The notes beneath the pieces were generated by a model. It had not been told where the DNA came from, made no database searches, and saw only the letters and a list, made by a program, of their open reading frames with translations. From the NCBI GenBank assembly GCA_030704615.1, contig CM060734.1, forward strand, positions 6,138,001-6,202,000: DNA of 64,000 nucleotides. The letters run 5' to 3'. This document shows positions 1-12,736 of this stretch, piece after piece (within the stretch, counting starts at the first letter, position 1; each line of letters starts with the position of its first letter). The translations under genes and the position numbers were made by a program. This DNA comes from Takakia lepidozioides. Taxonomy: Eukaryota; Plantae; Bryophyta.

Positions 1-469
1 TGGACCCAAAACCACAGTTTCTTCTCTGTTTTGCACTCCAAACTTGATTTGTGTTCAACTTCATGCACTCTTCATAGAGAGTTCTGCAATAGTGAGCGAA
101 GAGAACACTTTTTTTTTGGGGGCATTTTTGATTGGTCCAAATTTTGGCGGGGGAGTAGTGGTGGGATGTTGGAAGCTGCAGAACAAAATTGAGCCAAAAC
201 AAAAATCAATACGTGCCAGAAACCCCCAATGAAAGGCAGTGCAAACCTATTTATTGGTTTAAAATTATTTTAAATTCAATTACATTATGGAATGGCTCGT
301 GTCGATGGGGAGGCTAACGATTTATTTGTCTGTTGTGTCTCCGCACATGTGTTGCACACATGTTCAAGCACATGCGGGCAAAAGAGGGGCTTCAACCACA
401 TCCGTTCAATGGGTGCAATAGCCGTGCACGCATTGCAGGATTTTTTTTTCGCAATGAACAAAAACCAGA

Positions 470-712
470 TGACAACTGAACGCCTCATTGGCCCATCGAA
501 CGAATTTCGATTGATCTCATATTACACCGGGACCTATCAGAGGGTACATTGAAGACATTGGCCAAGTCTCAAAGCGAACGAAAATCATTTGGATGGGCAA
601 CCATCCGTCGGCCCATTGAACGAATTTCGGTTGATCTCATATTACTCTGGGGCCTCTTCCATGGCACATTGAAGATATTGGCCAAGTCTCAAAGCGAACC
701 AAAATCATTTGG
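470..712 (+). repeat. Two ~121-bp tandem units (…GAACGAATTTCGATTGATCTCATATTAC…GGCCAAGTCTCAAAGCGAAC…)
   Basis: The unit core recurs at ~500 and ~621 and is nearly identical to the array at 39855-40625. Confidence 0.85.
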
Positions 713-799
713 GGGCAAATGATTTATGCATCTGTTCATTTATTTGTGATTAATCGTTAATGGTGAAAAGGATAAACCAAAGGTTCATTGATAAAAAAA

Positions 800-1140
800 A
801 AAATTGAATGATTTGAAATTTTGCTAGTATGTTCTACATGCCTCTTACATGGACCGGACAAGTATGAGATCAATAAAAAATGGTTCACAGGAGAAACCAA
901 TGGTTACTTGATGTGCCGATTTATGAATGCTTTCAAACTTTGCCATTGCATTGTACATGCCCTCTTAAAGGTACCGGACAAGTATGAGTTCAATTTAAAA
1001 TATTGCAATGGGTGAACCAATGGTATCTTCATTCATCAATTTTTGATTGTTTTTAAACTTTGCCAGTATATTGTACGTGCTGTCAAACAGGTACCGAACA
1101 AGTATGAGGTCATTCAAAAATGGTTCAAAGGATGAACCTC
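800..1140 (-). repeat. Three diverged ~120-bp units, reverse complement of the 121-bp family
   Basis: CCGRACAAGTATGAG recurs at ~854, 974 and 1094. Its reverse complement ATTGATCTCATACTTGTCCGG matches ATTGATCTCATATTACACCGG of the 470-712 unit. Confidence 0.7.
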
Positions 1141-1226
1141 GTATTTCCAAAAATTACGTAGACTATACAGTGGGTTGCACATTTAAGTTTTCGCAACTTG
1201 AGACCTTTGGCCTACTCCTTACGTTT

Positions 1227-3802
1227 CTAGCCTTTATAGTCATCTTCATCTAGATTTATTACTTCGTTGTCGTCATCTCCAGATGTTGATGAAGATGCTC
1301 CGGGTGTAGAGGACGTGCCTCCACCAGTACGGAGAGCTTGAGCCTGGGCTCAAGTGGTCAAAGAGGGACCCAGTGTTGTGTGGTCCACCCTTGCCATCAT
1401 GCGTAGCGTTTTAGGTGAGTGCTGGCTCTCTTCCACATTTGCCAGAGCCGGGTGTGTCGCTCTTGCTACGGCGGCATGCAATTTTTCAATTAAATCCGAT
1501 ATGTTTGGAAGTGGCAAGAACACCCCTGGAATAGGGGCAATTTGGTCACGTCATGTGTTCTGCCAATACTTTAGAACACTCGTGATGGTAGCCTTGAAAT
1601 TGTCCAACACCTTCTCTTGCTGGGGGTCTCTGCGCAACTCTGGAAGAAATGGCCCATCATCCCGACGAGGCACCCAGTACGTCTCATTCATATCCTCCCA
1701 ACGGATGCTAGCGGCCTCCAACTCCCTTAGAAATAGGTCTCTCCCAATCGGTTCGCGATTATATGGGTCGTTTCCAGCTGACACCCACGGATTCTCAGGC
1801 AGTCGGAAGAATCTTTGTGTGGTACAGCTGCATGCCCTCCCAAGTTCCGACAAAAAATCTCCCTTTGGATTGGGTCCCGTATGCCTCTAGTACGCACGGT
1901 TATTTCCCAGTTGGATGTCACCCAAAAGGTCACCGGATCTTTAACCCTGGTTAACGTCTTTGCATCCAAGGCATGCATCTCTCTTGGAGCATCCCATGTC
2001 ATTGTCTCCCCCCAGTGCTGCCAATTTAAAAAATCGTAAGGCGATACATCCAATGGCATGTTGTACCGGTTGTACTCGTATCGCGTGGGCATATTGTCTT
2101 ACAACCCAAACAACTCGTAGAAACGTCGATGGATTGGTCCACGGCAGTCAGGGCATTGGCTGGCTCACATGGCTGCCGATATGAGACATGTGGGATAGAA
2201 CAAATGGCCACATGAACCAAGTATATAGCCTCCCTTCGGTCCATAAGGGTTTAGGCACATTGTGCACACCGTACCATCTGTTACCCATGACGCTGGATTG
2301 CTCTGTGGTATCCATGTCCGTTTATCCTCATTAATGTAGGATGACAGCCTCGGCCTGGTGTCCCACTCCTCATCTACTTCCAAATCCCAGTTTATGCTGT
2401 TATTGGTATCGGAAATTGTATGCACACAGTGCTCAAACATGGCATGCACATCACCCCATGTGGTGAATCCAGTGTACTTCGACGTGAATATATCACGCAT
2501 AATGTCGTGCCTTTGCAAATTAGCATAGATGCTATCTACGCTTCGATTCGACAAACGTGCTGCACGTTGGAGGGAGGACAACACTTCTTCTATCCGTGTT
2601 TCCCGCGATGCTAGATGGCCCACCCATGTCACCCAATTCCGCCAATTCCCCTTCAACCATGGCCACGATCGGATTTGCATGACATTTGAGTACCGATATG
2701 CAACAGCCCTAGCTTGCTCGCGTTCCCCCACAAGCTGCTCTAATTCCTGTTCTTGGGCCGATGTAATTTGCACGGCTGAACATTCCCCAGTTTCCACTAT
2801 GGGGTCCTTCCCTTTTCTTGCCCTCTCCGCCACAAGTCTTTCTTCCTCAACCCTCGCCGGGTCCAGTTCAGACGTTTACACTTCATTCCCATGCCCGATT
2901 GAGTCAACCCTGTCGATGACGCGGTCAATGTCCATTGGTGGCATATTCAAACGCGCCAATATGTCTTGCTCGTTGGTGATTGGCCTCGGGTCCTGAAGCA
3001 CACCGCGTACGCTGTCGAGAGTCCCCAACCCCATTCTTTCCAGCAACTTCGCTATTTGCCACCGTTGCAAATGAACAATGTCCTACAGGTCTTTGATGTG
3101 CTGTTCATGTGCGGCCAACTGTTCCTCCAACGGAGAGCGTACCTCGCCCCCCTCCACCTCAGACGTTGAAGGTCCGGCTGCGGAGACTTGTTGCGGCGTA
3201 TAATCTGGAGGTTGGTCTGCATTTCCTCCTTCTTCCACATCGTCGTTTCCATCCGCCTTTCCTTCTTCTTCCACCTCGTCGTTTCCATCGAACCGTATGA
3301 TGTCCTACCCCTGACATATATACAAGTCTGGGATATCAGAGAACATGTATAGTCTAGTACGTTGTCTCGCAGTGGCAGTTTGTCAATCCACCGGTCGCAA
3401 TAAAATCAACTCTGTGTACAACATGGCCGCAAATAAATATGGGACCTTGTTGTTGACGAGCGGTTGACCCCACAATGTTGTATGTACTTCCTCTGCCCTG
3501 TGGCGGAAATGCGGGTTGGCGCAAGAATACAAACTAGTTTGATTTTGTTTGGTTTGTGGATCATGCCTATCTATGGGCCACAAACGATTTATATGACATC
3601 AGTCCACAAATTTCCTGCAATCACTAAGCGACCGCCGCTGCCCCAACTTCCAAACTTCCCAACCTGGTTCCGCAAGAATGTTGGGGTCATTGTATATGTC
3701 CCAACAAAGTTCGCGCCTGACCCCTTTTGGTTTTTTTTTGGGAGATCCAGGTTCATTATCGTCATCCTTGGGATGACCTCCTCTGTCTTCCTCCTCCGCC
3801 AT
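1227..3802 (-). pseudogene. Intronless ~850-codon accessory gene with N-terminal WPIDRHD domain, coiled coil and RING-H2 finger (copy A)
   Basis: ORFs 3599-3802, 3383-3583, 3083-3274, 2876-3070, 2165-2833 and 1727-2092 share one frame and are separated only by stops. One frameshift near 1830 leads into the 1551-1853 frame, ending at TAG 1227. RING: CTMC…CGHLFYPTC…CPDC. Homologous to 32295-39408. Confidence 0.85.
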
Positions 3803-4136
3803 TTATGGCTTTGGCTTACCCATACTCGACAGGTGTTTGCTAAGAAAAATGCTTTCCCAGCCCTCCTAAATCGTACCTAATCCTACTCCCTAATGAATCC
3901 TCCCCAAGTACTAGAGGCACGTGTCACTCCCTCGGCAGTTATAAGTGATATGACGCAATGTGCAATGAAAAAAACGTGGGTGTTAGAGGAGGGCTTCCCG
4001 GTAGGTACTCAGCATCGATTTCGTAGAATCCAACGACCCAAAATACCTCCCACCCAACCAATAGCACCCCTCTCCACTTGGACTCAATGACAAGGAATGC
4101 AACATCCCATCACCTACCAAGTCCTGGTGTGGAGAA

Positions 4137-4172
4137 AAGTGAGGGAGAGAATGGCCTCCAAGGCCTTATAAG
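4137..4172 (-). promoter_or_regulatory. Putative TATA + Inr core promoter (TATAAG…CCCTCACTT) of the RING gene, copy A
   Basis: The same motif pair precedes all four hAT/RING genes (8422-8451, 26785-26819, 31974-32007). CTCACTT fits the YTCANTYY initiator. Confidence 0.5.
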
Positions 4173-4230
4173 CCCCCCCTCCACACTCGAGGCGTGCGTT
4201 GTCATCATGACTGCGCACGCTAGTAATAGC

Positions 4231-4860
4231 TGCGACCGCGAGCAGAGGTGGTCGCATTTTTATTTTTTTTCTTTATTATGTGCGACCACCAACAGGGGGG
4301 TGGTCGCAGATTTTTTTTTTTTAATCAACAGGGAGGTGGTCGCATAATTTTTCTTTTTTTTAATAGGCGCGACCACCAACAGAGGGGTGGTCGCAGAAAT
4401 TTTGTTAAAAACAAATAGTTGCGATGGTCGCATAATTTTCCGATTTTTTAATATCTACCAACAGTTAGTAGCTCAGTTGGTTAATTGCACTCAGTGCGAC
4501 CCGGACGATTTTGGGGTCAAATCTTACTACTTGATGGGTGTGGTATGGTTCGTGTGTGGTGCCCCATTCCTACGCTTCTTGGCACATAAATGAAAGAAGT
4601 TATTTTCTCCTCTCACTACTAAGGGGCCTGATTTGTGAGCTGTCGCTCCCAGGTTTTTCCCCAAAAAATAAAAATAAAAATAAAAATAAAAAATCTGCGA
4701 CCACCAGCAAGGGTAATTAGTAAATCAGTAAATAGGTGCAACTACCAGCAGGGGGGTGGTCGCAACATTTTTCTTTTATTTTAACAGTTGCGACGACCGC
4801 TACTGGTGGTCACACAATTGTTTTTTAAGAAAAAGGTGCGACCACCAGGAGGTTGGTCCC
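4231..4860. repeat. Array of GCGACCACC-N6/7-GGTGGTCGC palindromes with A/T-tract spacers (interrupted by a SINE)
   Basis: About 9 full or half copies are visible, e.g. GCGACCACCAACAGGGGGGTGGTCGC at ~4282. Confidence 0.85.
4463..4693 (+). mobile_element. tRNA-derived SINE-like element
   Basis: A-box-like TAGCTCAGTTGG at ~4469, degenerate B-box GGGGTCAAATC, and an (AAAAAT)n tail. The 3' body AAATGAAAG…GGGCCTGA is shared with 33335-33537. No clean TSD. Confidence 0.6.
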
Positions 4861-5166
4861 CTTGCACCTCTATGTATGTTTGGAGAGGCAGATGAAAAGC
4901 ACATGTATCGACTCCCCATGGATTTGTGAAGGGGAAGATGAATGTTGGGAGCTGCACCTGGCCTTTGTGGCTTTCGAAACCATAATAGGAAATCAACAAT
5001 GTAAAGGTAATGACGAAACACAAACGCACGCACAACCACCAAACCCTTTCTTGGGTACACATATTCCACCATTTTTGTTTGGGTACACGTATACATGTAC
5101 CCAAACTGAAACATGGATATCCATGGAAACATACTACACATCATGTGACAAAAGTTATAGCTGTAC

Positions 5167-8156
5167 CTAATTCCGTCTGGCACGACGATGATGGTATGAT
5201 CTCACGCCTAGTACAAAATCTTCGTCCCCACTCACTTCACCCCCGTTCCCATGATCAGTGCTAGAATCATGATCTCCATCTGTTCTTTCGATTCCAGAGG
5301 CAACTGGCCGTTGGACCTGTAGTCGTCCTCGGAGTACGTTCAGTTGTCTCTCTGGTCGATTTCCACTCCTATCATGAATACCACCTAGGGTATCAGGCCT
5401 GTTCACAGGTCGGTCACCAACAAAAGGTTGCACAATTCTCTGTCGTTTCTGGGCTTGTCCCGAATTTCGTGGTGGCCTTGGAGCAGGTCTCATATGAGAA
5501 AGACTACTCGCATGTACATCAGAGGGGCCGACATGAGAGGAAGGGGCATGAGATGGACCAGCGAGGGTCGAGGGAGCACGGTTCACATGCGGACGTCGTC
5601 GGGCCAGATGAAACGACAATGGCCGGTCATCGTCATCCGATGGTTCGACTTGCAGAAGTCCCGCAGCAGAAGAAGCATCTCCCAGGATCGGAGTAGCGAT
5701 GGAAGGAATTACATGAGGGGGAGAGAGACTAGATGGACCAGCATGGGATGGACCGGCTTGAGAAAGAGAAACATGAGATGGAGCGGGGATGAAGCACGGT
5801 TCACAGGGGCACGATGTCGGTGAAGGAATGACAACGGCCGGTTGTCATCATCCGACAATTCGACCTGCACATCTCCCGCAGTCCATGGAACTCGTGGTGG
5901 GGGAGAGTTGACCTCAACATCATTGTTGAGAATGTGCTCCACTGGGGGAAGGGGGTCTGCAATTGGGATGACATCATGTCGCAGTTCATCAACAACAAGA
6001 TCATCGAAGGATGGATGCATTGCAGCATCATCATCGTTAAATTCGTATGGGTCATGTGGAGGATTGCCCACATCATCGGACCCATCCCAACCGTCAGAGT
6101 CGGAGTCCCTCGCGGTGTCAGTGTCATCATTGCTGCTAGATTGGACCTCTGAGGCAGATTCTTCAGACAACAGATTCTTCTCGTACCATGCAGATGCGTC
6201 ACTTGCTCTCCTCTCTCGCAGTAGCCTACAATTCGTGTAGACATAAACCAATTTGTCAGCCCTGGCAGGATTCAACCTGTTGCGAATCTTGTTGTGAACA
6301 AACAAGTAACTGCTCCAGTTCCACTCACAGGACGAGGCAGAGCACACTTGAGCAAGAATACGCTTTGCAATAGGAGCTAACGTTCTTGCTCCAGCTCCAA
6401 TCAGATCCCACCATTCATGTGGCAACATGTTCATTGCTTTTGGATCCGGCATGTCATGGAAAGGATTCTGCCGATCCGAGAAGCACTGGTACTCGGATAA
6501 CGCTCGCTCTGCCATGTTCAAGGGCGCAAGTTGCTTGATGACCCATACAAGCCCGGCTTTGGCAACCACATCGTCTCTCAAATCCGTATTGTCCAGCAAG
6601 AATGGATTCAGCAAGGCCCCCGCATAATGTAAGTCTGTGCGAACCATCCGTTTGCGGTCGTAAAATGCATCCTCGATCCTTGCCGCCAAATCATCGTCCA
6701 TAGAAAATGGAGAACGCCTCAAGGATTGCACGTGCTTCTCAAGGTTTTCCAATATCAACCATGCTTTATCCATTATTGGTTATTTTCCATCAAACTCCCG
6801 CAAAGCAATCAACACCGGCTCCACCATGTACACAAAATTTGCACATTTCGCCCAGAAATCGTCAGAGAGAATGATTGCGCGGACCCTCTAACTTTTGCTC
6901 AAAGACTTGAACTTACGATAATCGCGTAAGGTGCCCACATATGCATCCCATTGAGGGTCAATGATCACCTGCTCCAGACCCGCCCTCACAGTCACCAGTC
7001 GATCCACCATCAAAAAGTTTGTGGCAAAGCGGGTTTCACCCGGGTTCCTAAGGCTGTATTTGGGTTCATGCTTTCTAAACAATGCCAGAGGGATGTGATG
7101 TGTAAGAATGAACGTCACAACCGACTTTGCCATTTTTACTAGTTGTTTCATCCATGATTTTTTTCCCCAATCCTCCAAAAGGAGATCAAAGATATGAGCA
7201 GCACACCCTTGGTAATATAGATGGGGATATCGTACCATCATTATATCGGCCATATTAACCATGTTAGATGCATTGTCCGTGCACACTTGGACAATTTTTA
7301 TCAGCTCCAATTTTATTGATGTAACTCGTTAACAACCCTGCTTAATAACGTGCATATTTTCTCTCCCCGCTTGTGTCAACAGATCCCAAAAATTGTTCCC
7401 CCGCAGGACAGACCAGCATGACATTGAACAGTGATCGATTAGTAACATAACTCCAACCGTCCGCACATATAGTGCTTCCATATTTCCGGAGAGAATCACC
7501 TGTATTTTCATTCACCTTTTGGGTGAGGTCAGACATAGCCTCTTCTAGCAATCATGTGCGGAGATTGCGATAACTCGGAGGTGTGTATGTGGACTTGGAA
7601 TCGGACGTGGCTTTGATAGCAGCCACAAACGCATGAAGCCTCAAGACATTGAACGGAATATTGGCCTCGTAGAAAAATTGGGCCCACTTCTTATCCAGAG
7701 TCCTCTTTTGCGACAAATTAAGCCTTCTTGCATTGATTGTTGCCTCAATGGTCTGGTCCGTACAAGTGCTAACGTACAATCGGGTGTTGCTCCTGACCCA
7801 CCGGCTTCTCCACGAACAGTAGACGCCTCGCAAAAATCCCCCTGGGTACAACTCTGAAGGACAGTTTGATTCGAACCTGGAGTGTTTGGCTCAGAAGCCG
7901 CGGCCACATCAAGAGACGGTGGGATATTGCCTCCACATTGGGCAAAGTGGGCTTTCACTCGCATGGAGTTTTTTGGGCACAAACAAACCTCTGTATTCTT
8001 CCCATCTCTGTAGCCGAGGTGATATAACATGCGATCTTTGCGACCCGCCAGCTTCAATGCACAAAGATTGCATTGAACACCGTCCTTTTTGTGCGGGTCT
8101 ATGGTGAACCAAGGGATCCACTCCTCCCTCATCCTCACACCCAAAACTCTAACCAC
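5167..8156 (-). pseudogene. hAT transposase, copy A (BED finger, DUF659-like DDE core, hATC dimerisation domain, acidic C-terminal extension)
   Basis: BED-like CNLC…HL…C; catalytic-type motifs TICADGWS, CTDNASNM, CAAH, ETRF and SASSCEWNWS…HNKIRNRL. Broken by stops and frameshifts. Confidence 0.92.
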
Positions 8157-8498
8157 AGACTTAAGGTTGAACGAAGAATACTAGTGTACTTGGTAGATTT
8201 GTCAAGAGCAATAGAAGTTAGAACAAAATGCGATGGCCCAATACTACGGCATCAATCCAAGTGGATCAATGCACCATGTAGTATTGTGTTTTTCGACAAT
8301 TTGCTACAGTGGCTCTGGTGGAAGCCACAACAGCAAAAAATCCGCACCCTCTTCTTGGGCTTACACTCTTGCTCAAGGAAAAGAGAACATTCACTCGCCA
8401 CAAAAGTGTTTGCCACAAAAGAAGTGAGGGGCATTGGGACCACTTTATATACCCTCCAGCCTCCAAGCCTCACACGCTCGACGAATCAGATCCAATGC

Positions 8499-8865
8499 TG
8501 CGACCGCTTCAGGTCGCACGAGGAAGTCGCATGTTATTTAAAAAAAAAACTGTTGCGACCACCCTCATGCTGGTGGTCGCACCTATTAAAAAAAATAAAA
8601 ATGTTGCGTCCACCCCCATGCTCGTGGTCACAGAGATTATTAAATTATTATTATTATTATTATTTGCTGCGACCACCCCCCCTGCTGGTGGTCGCACCTA
8701 TTAAACAAATAAAAATTTTCTACGACCACCACCATGCTGGTGGTCGCACCTATTAAGAAAAAGAAAAATGTTGCAACCACTCCCATGCTCGTGGACACAG
8801 AGAATATATATATTTTTTAAATTTTTATATTTTTTTGCGACCACCCCCCTGCTGGTGGTCGCACC
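8499..8865. repeat. Array of GCGACCACC-N-GGTGGTCGC palindromes upstream of hAT copy A
   Basis: About 7 copies at roughly 52-62 bp spacing with poly-A/T spacers. Confidence 0.85.
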
Positions 8866-10029
8866 TATTAAAAAAACTGAAAAATGCTGATGGAATCCGT
8901 CGCATTTGAGGGATGTTGTGACTATTTTTCATCCTGTGCCGATGAAAAATCGGGCAAATGCCCTAAGCTGTCTCTCCCGCCGTCAGTAGCACAGGCTGTG
9001 CTTCTGAGTGTTATGGTGTCTGCATTTTTGCTATTGTCCTGTTTGCTGCATGGTACCCGTGCTGAGTGACTTCCTGGGGATGCGCAATGGCGGTGTTTGG
9101 TCCCTCTTACATGCAGGAGACAAAGCTGTGAATGCTTTATTGTGTTCCCTCCTCTGGCCTTTAATTTTTGCAGCGGCACCTATGGTGGGAAGTCTCTCTC
9201 CCTCCCCTTCTTAACCTTGCAAGCTTGCTTGTATGCCTCATTGCTTCTTTGCTTTGTTGGAGGCGGCTTTCTGGTGGTAATGGCGCACAACTCTTTTCCG
9301 CAATCGCTCAAGGTGCTTTTGGTGACTAGGGTTCCTTCTGTTTTGTCTTCATCTCTTGCTTTTGAAGTTCTTGGTTGATATCGATGACAAGTGTGGGGAT
9401 CTGTGATTCACCTGGGGTTCCATAATCCTCACTAACCTGTTGGTTTTTGTGGGGGCTTGTGATGGGACCAGGTGAGGATCCCCACTTGCTTTGAATTTTC
9501 TTGAGCATGCAGATGTGGATGTGGGCAGATGAGCCCCTTGTCTTGTTGCGTCTTAATATGGCTGATGACTCCAGCCTCAATTTTGGCCGGTCTGCTCCTG
9601 GTTTGGCATGCTGCCACTTTTGTAAGGCCTGCGTTTTGCTACCATCTACGGGGCATCTCAGTTTCAAAGGCCTGTTTTCTGAAGCCCTGCATCCAACCTT
9701 TACCTTGTCTTTGGATCCCTGACAGCAGAGCCTGTGGATCACTAGGCTAGGTTACAATTTTGTGGCTCCAGAGGTTCTATGTTTTATGGGTAAGGCATCA
9801 GTGGCCTTTTGTTTTATGGGGCGAGGTGGCCTTGAATTTTATGGCAGCAGCCTAGTAAGGCACTGGCCTGCCCATTTTCAGGCCTTCATTTGGTAGATAA
9901 TGGATCATAGTAAAATGCTTTTGCAAACCCTAGCTTTGGCGTCTTGAGAAACGGTGGTGGTAAGCTTTAATGGACTCCAGCCAGTGATTTTGGCTTTGTC
10001 ATGACATCAGGCCCGTGACCTGCAATTTA

Positions 10030-10810
10030 AGGACCCAAGAGGCTTGCTTATCAGTGCATGTCTTGATAAATTTATTGGCCAAGAGGGCCAGGTCTCGGGT
10101 ACCCAAGATGCTTGCTTGAAGTGCATGTCTTGAATCTGTAAAATGGCAAGCTGGTCTCACATACCCAAGATGCCTTGCTTTGTGCATGTCTTGGTATAAT
10201 TATGACTGGTACGGTAAGCTGCTGCAATCTATTTTGTCATGCCCAAGGTGCTTGCTTGGATGCATGTTTTGAATCTGAAAAATTGCAGGCCTGTTCATAC
10301 ACCCAAGATACTTTGCGTGATGCATGTCCTGGTGAAATAAAGGTTGGTATTAAGGTAGGATGCAACAACATGGTTTGTCATGCCCAAGATGCTTGATTGA
10401 ATGCACATCTTGAATCTGTAAAATGGCAGGCTGGTGAGGCTGCAATATAGAATGAGGCTGCAATCTGTTTTGTCATGCCCAAGTGGGTTACTTGGTTGCA
10501 TGTCTCGAATCTGAAAAATTGCAAGCTGGTCCATTTAACCAAGGTGCCTTGCTAGATGCAAGTCCTGGTGTAATAAAAGGCTGATATGGTAGGAAGCAAC
10601 AACATGTTTTGTCATGCCCAAGATTTTTTGTTTGAAGACATGTCTTGAATATGTAATATGACAGGCTGATTCATATGCCCAAGATGATTTGCTTGGTGCA
10701 TGACCTAGGGTATTTATGATCTGTTTTGCCTTTTCCAAAACCCTTGCTCGGATGCATGTCTTGAATCTGTAAAAATTACAGGCTGGTTCGTATACCCATG
10801 GTGCCTCGCC
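10030..10810. repeat. Degenerate ~60-75-bp tandem repeat (CCCAAGATGCTTGCTTGGATGCATGTCTTGAATCTGTAAAATGGCAGGCTGGT)
   Basis: About 10 diverged copies of CCCAAG…TGCATGT…GAATCTG are visible. Confidence 0.75.
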
Positions 10811-11229
10811 TCTTGCGTGACTGCAACAACCAGTTATCATGTCCCTTACATGAACAAACCCCGCCCTCCCACCCTGTTTTATCATGAACGATTGGGTGAA
10901 GTCAATTGGGAAGCTATGACAAGAATGGAAGTGTTAGATGGTGCCCTGTTTTGGGCTGTTTATGTCTTTAATTGACAATTCTTTGCTGGATAATGTTTCC
11001 AATGGACGAGCTCATGGATGATTTTTTGTCTCTTTCATCTGAACCGGATGATAGGTGCAGCTGTTTATGGCCCTGATCTGATCTTAACTACCCCTAATTA
11101 TGGTTAATTACGGTGTGAAACCCTAACCCCTACCCTTAAAACTATTTTTTTAACCTAGCTACGTGTTATAGGGCTGTCTGGGACTTAGGCGGAATAGGGG
11201 TTTTGTGGGTACCCCTAATTTTTTGCGCA

Positions 11230-11445
11230 GTTGTGGTGCTTCAGCTGTGTGATCACAGCCCGACACAGGTCACAGTCACAGGGTGTGACAACTTGTGGTG
11301 CTTCATGACTGTGTGATCACAGCCCGTCACAGGTCACAGGTCACAGTCATAGGGTGTGACGACCTGTGACGCTTCGTGACTGTGCGGACATAGCTCGACA
11401 TAGGTCACAGTTCATCACGGGTCACAGGCGCTGTTACCACAGATG
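11230..11445. repeat. GTCACAG/TGTGAC-rich short-motif cluster, probably a DNA-transposon subterminal region
   Basis: Dense GTCACAG and TGTGAC motifs in both orientations, ending in GCGCTGTTACCACAG. Confidence 0.5.
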
Positions 11446-12736
11446 GGGAACATGAAGCGGGAACACCACCAGCGGGGACACAGTGTAGTTACAAGCTGAC
11501 TGGCGGTTAGAGGCGCGGTTAGACGATTATAGCTTGTAGGTGAAGAGCTAGCGGGAGGAGGGGAAAGGGATCACTTCTTGGACATCTGGCATCAGGGCGG
11601 AGAGCATGATCTTGGAGCACAGGGATGGAGATTACATATAGGAGGAGATACGACCCTGCTGTAGAGATGTACTGTAGGGCAGAATAGAGACACCATGGCT
11701 TCGGCCTGAAACATGATAGATATAAATCTGATTCTTATTTCATACTCACACTGTGTAGAGAGATCTGAGTGAAGCTGTGTGTCGCGCACCTCACTTCGGT
11801 AAGCTCCCCTTCAAGTCATAGTTACTCGCTTTGATGCGCGCGCCTGACTCCCAACCTGGCCTCCCGGGCCAACTTGGAGCTTCGGCTGCTCACCGGGACA
11901 TAACGGTCCCCCTTTGCTTCCCTCTAAACCCTCCACCTGTTTGGAACTAGGAGAATTCCCTTTGGTAGATGGCAGTCCGGAACAGCTCCCCACTCTTTGG
12001 TCGCTCTCCAGCTCGCTCGCTTACTCACTAGTTTTTGGTCACCAACGGGCTTGCACCGTTCTCGGGGTTACTACTCCCTATATATACTTCTGTAGCTGTC
12101 CGCGGGGGTTTCATAACCAGCCATGCCATTTTATGGCGAACCACCACGAAAACCCTCGACTCCCGGTGATGAGTCGCGGTGAGTCTTGGCCCACTCATCA
12201 CGGCCCCTATGGACCGTGATGAGTCCCAAGACTCCCCACGACTCCCACCACGAGGTCTCCGCCCCCATGGTGAGGCCTATGCCACCCCCACTAAGTCCCG
12301 CTAAGCTACCACCACCCCTTGTGGAGCCACCCCCCACCGCAACCCGGTGTGCGGGGCTCCACCTAGTGAGCGCCTCCGCCTCCTTGAGTGCCTTGGGCAC
12401 TCAAGGGTGCTTCAGCCCCCCATACCTATCGCTGCCGATGCCCCCACTACAGGGGCAGCCCCTCATGTGTCCTGACCCCCTGCTCTCAAGGCAAAGGGCC
12501 GCGACACACACCCCTACCAACAGGGAGTCGATGTCCTCATCGACTTGTCCATTTTGTAGAAACGAACATCCAAGTTGTGGCGTCCCACATCAAGGAGTTT
12601 GTTTCCGCACCATGGCGTCCCATGGCAAAGAACCAAACCCCACACTTGACTCTACTCTCCACTAGCTAGTTCGGCCGACTTCGTCCAAGTCCCGGCCAAG
12701 GGTGGAGCCTCTCCAGCTCCTCCCAGTGCACTCTTC

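Larger units (their letters stand above)
800..8890 (-). mobile_element. Composite hAT unit, copy A (array-transposase-array-RING gene-121-bp array); termini not resolved
   Basis: Gene order, arrays, promoter motifs and protein homology are collinear with 25268-40625. No TIR/TSD pair was identified. Confidence 0.7.

Noticed and set aside
8900-10030. Possible LINE 3' relic or coding region
   Set aside because: No diagnostic motif could be read with confidence; the ORFs are short and unrecognisable.
11445-12720. Possible solo LTR or proline-rich gene (ORF 12186-12665)
   Set aside because: No TG…CA pair with TSD and no domain motif; left unassigned.
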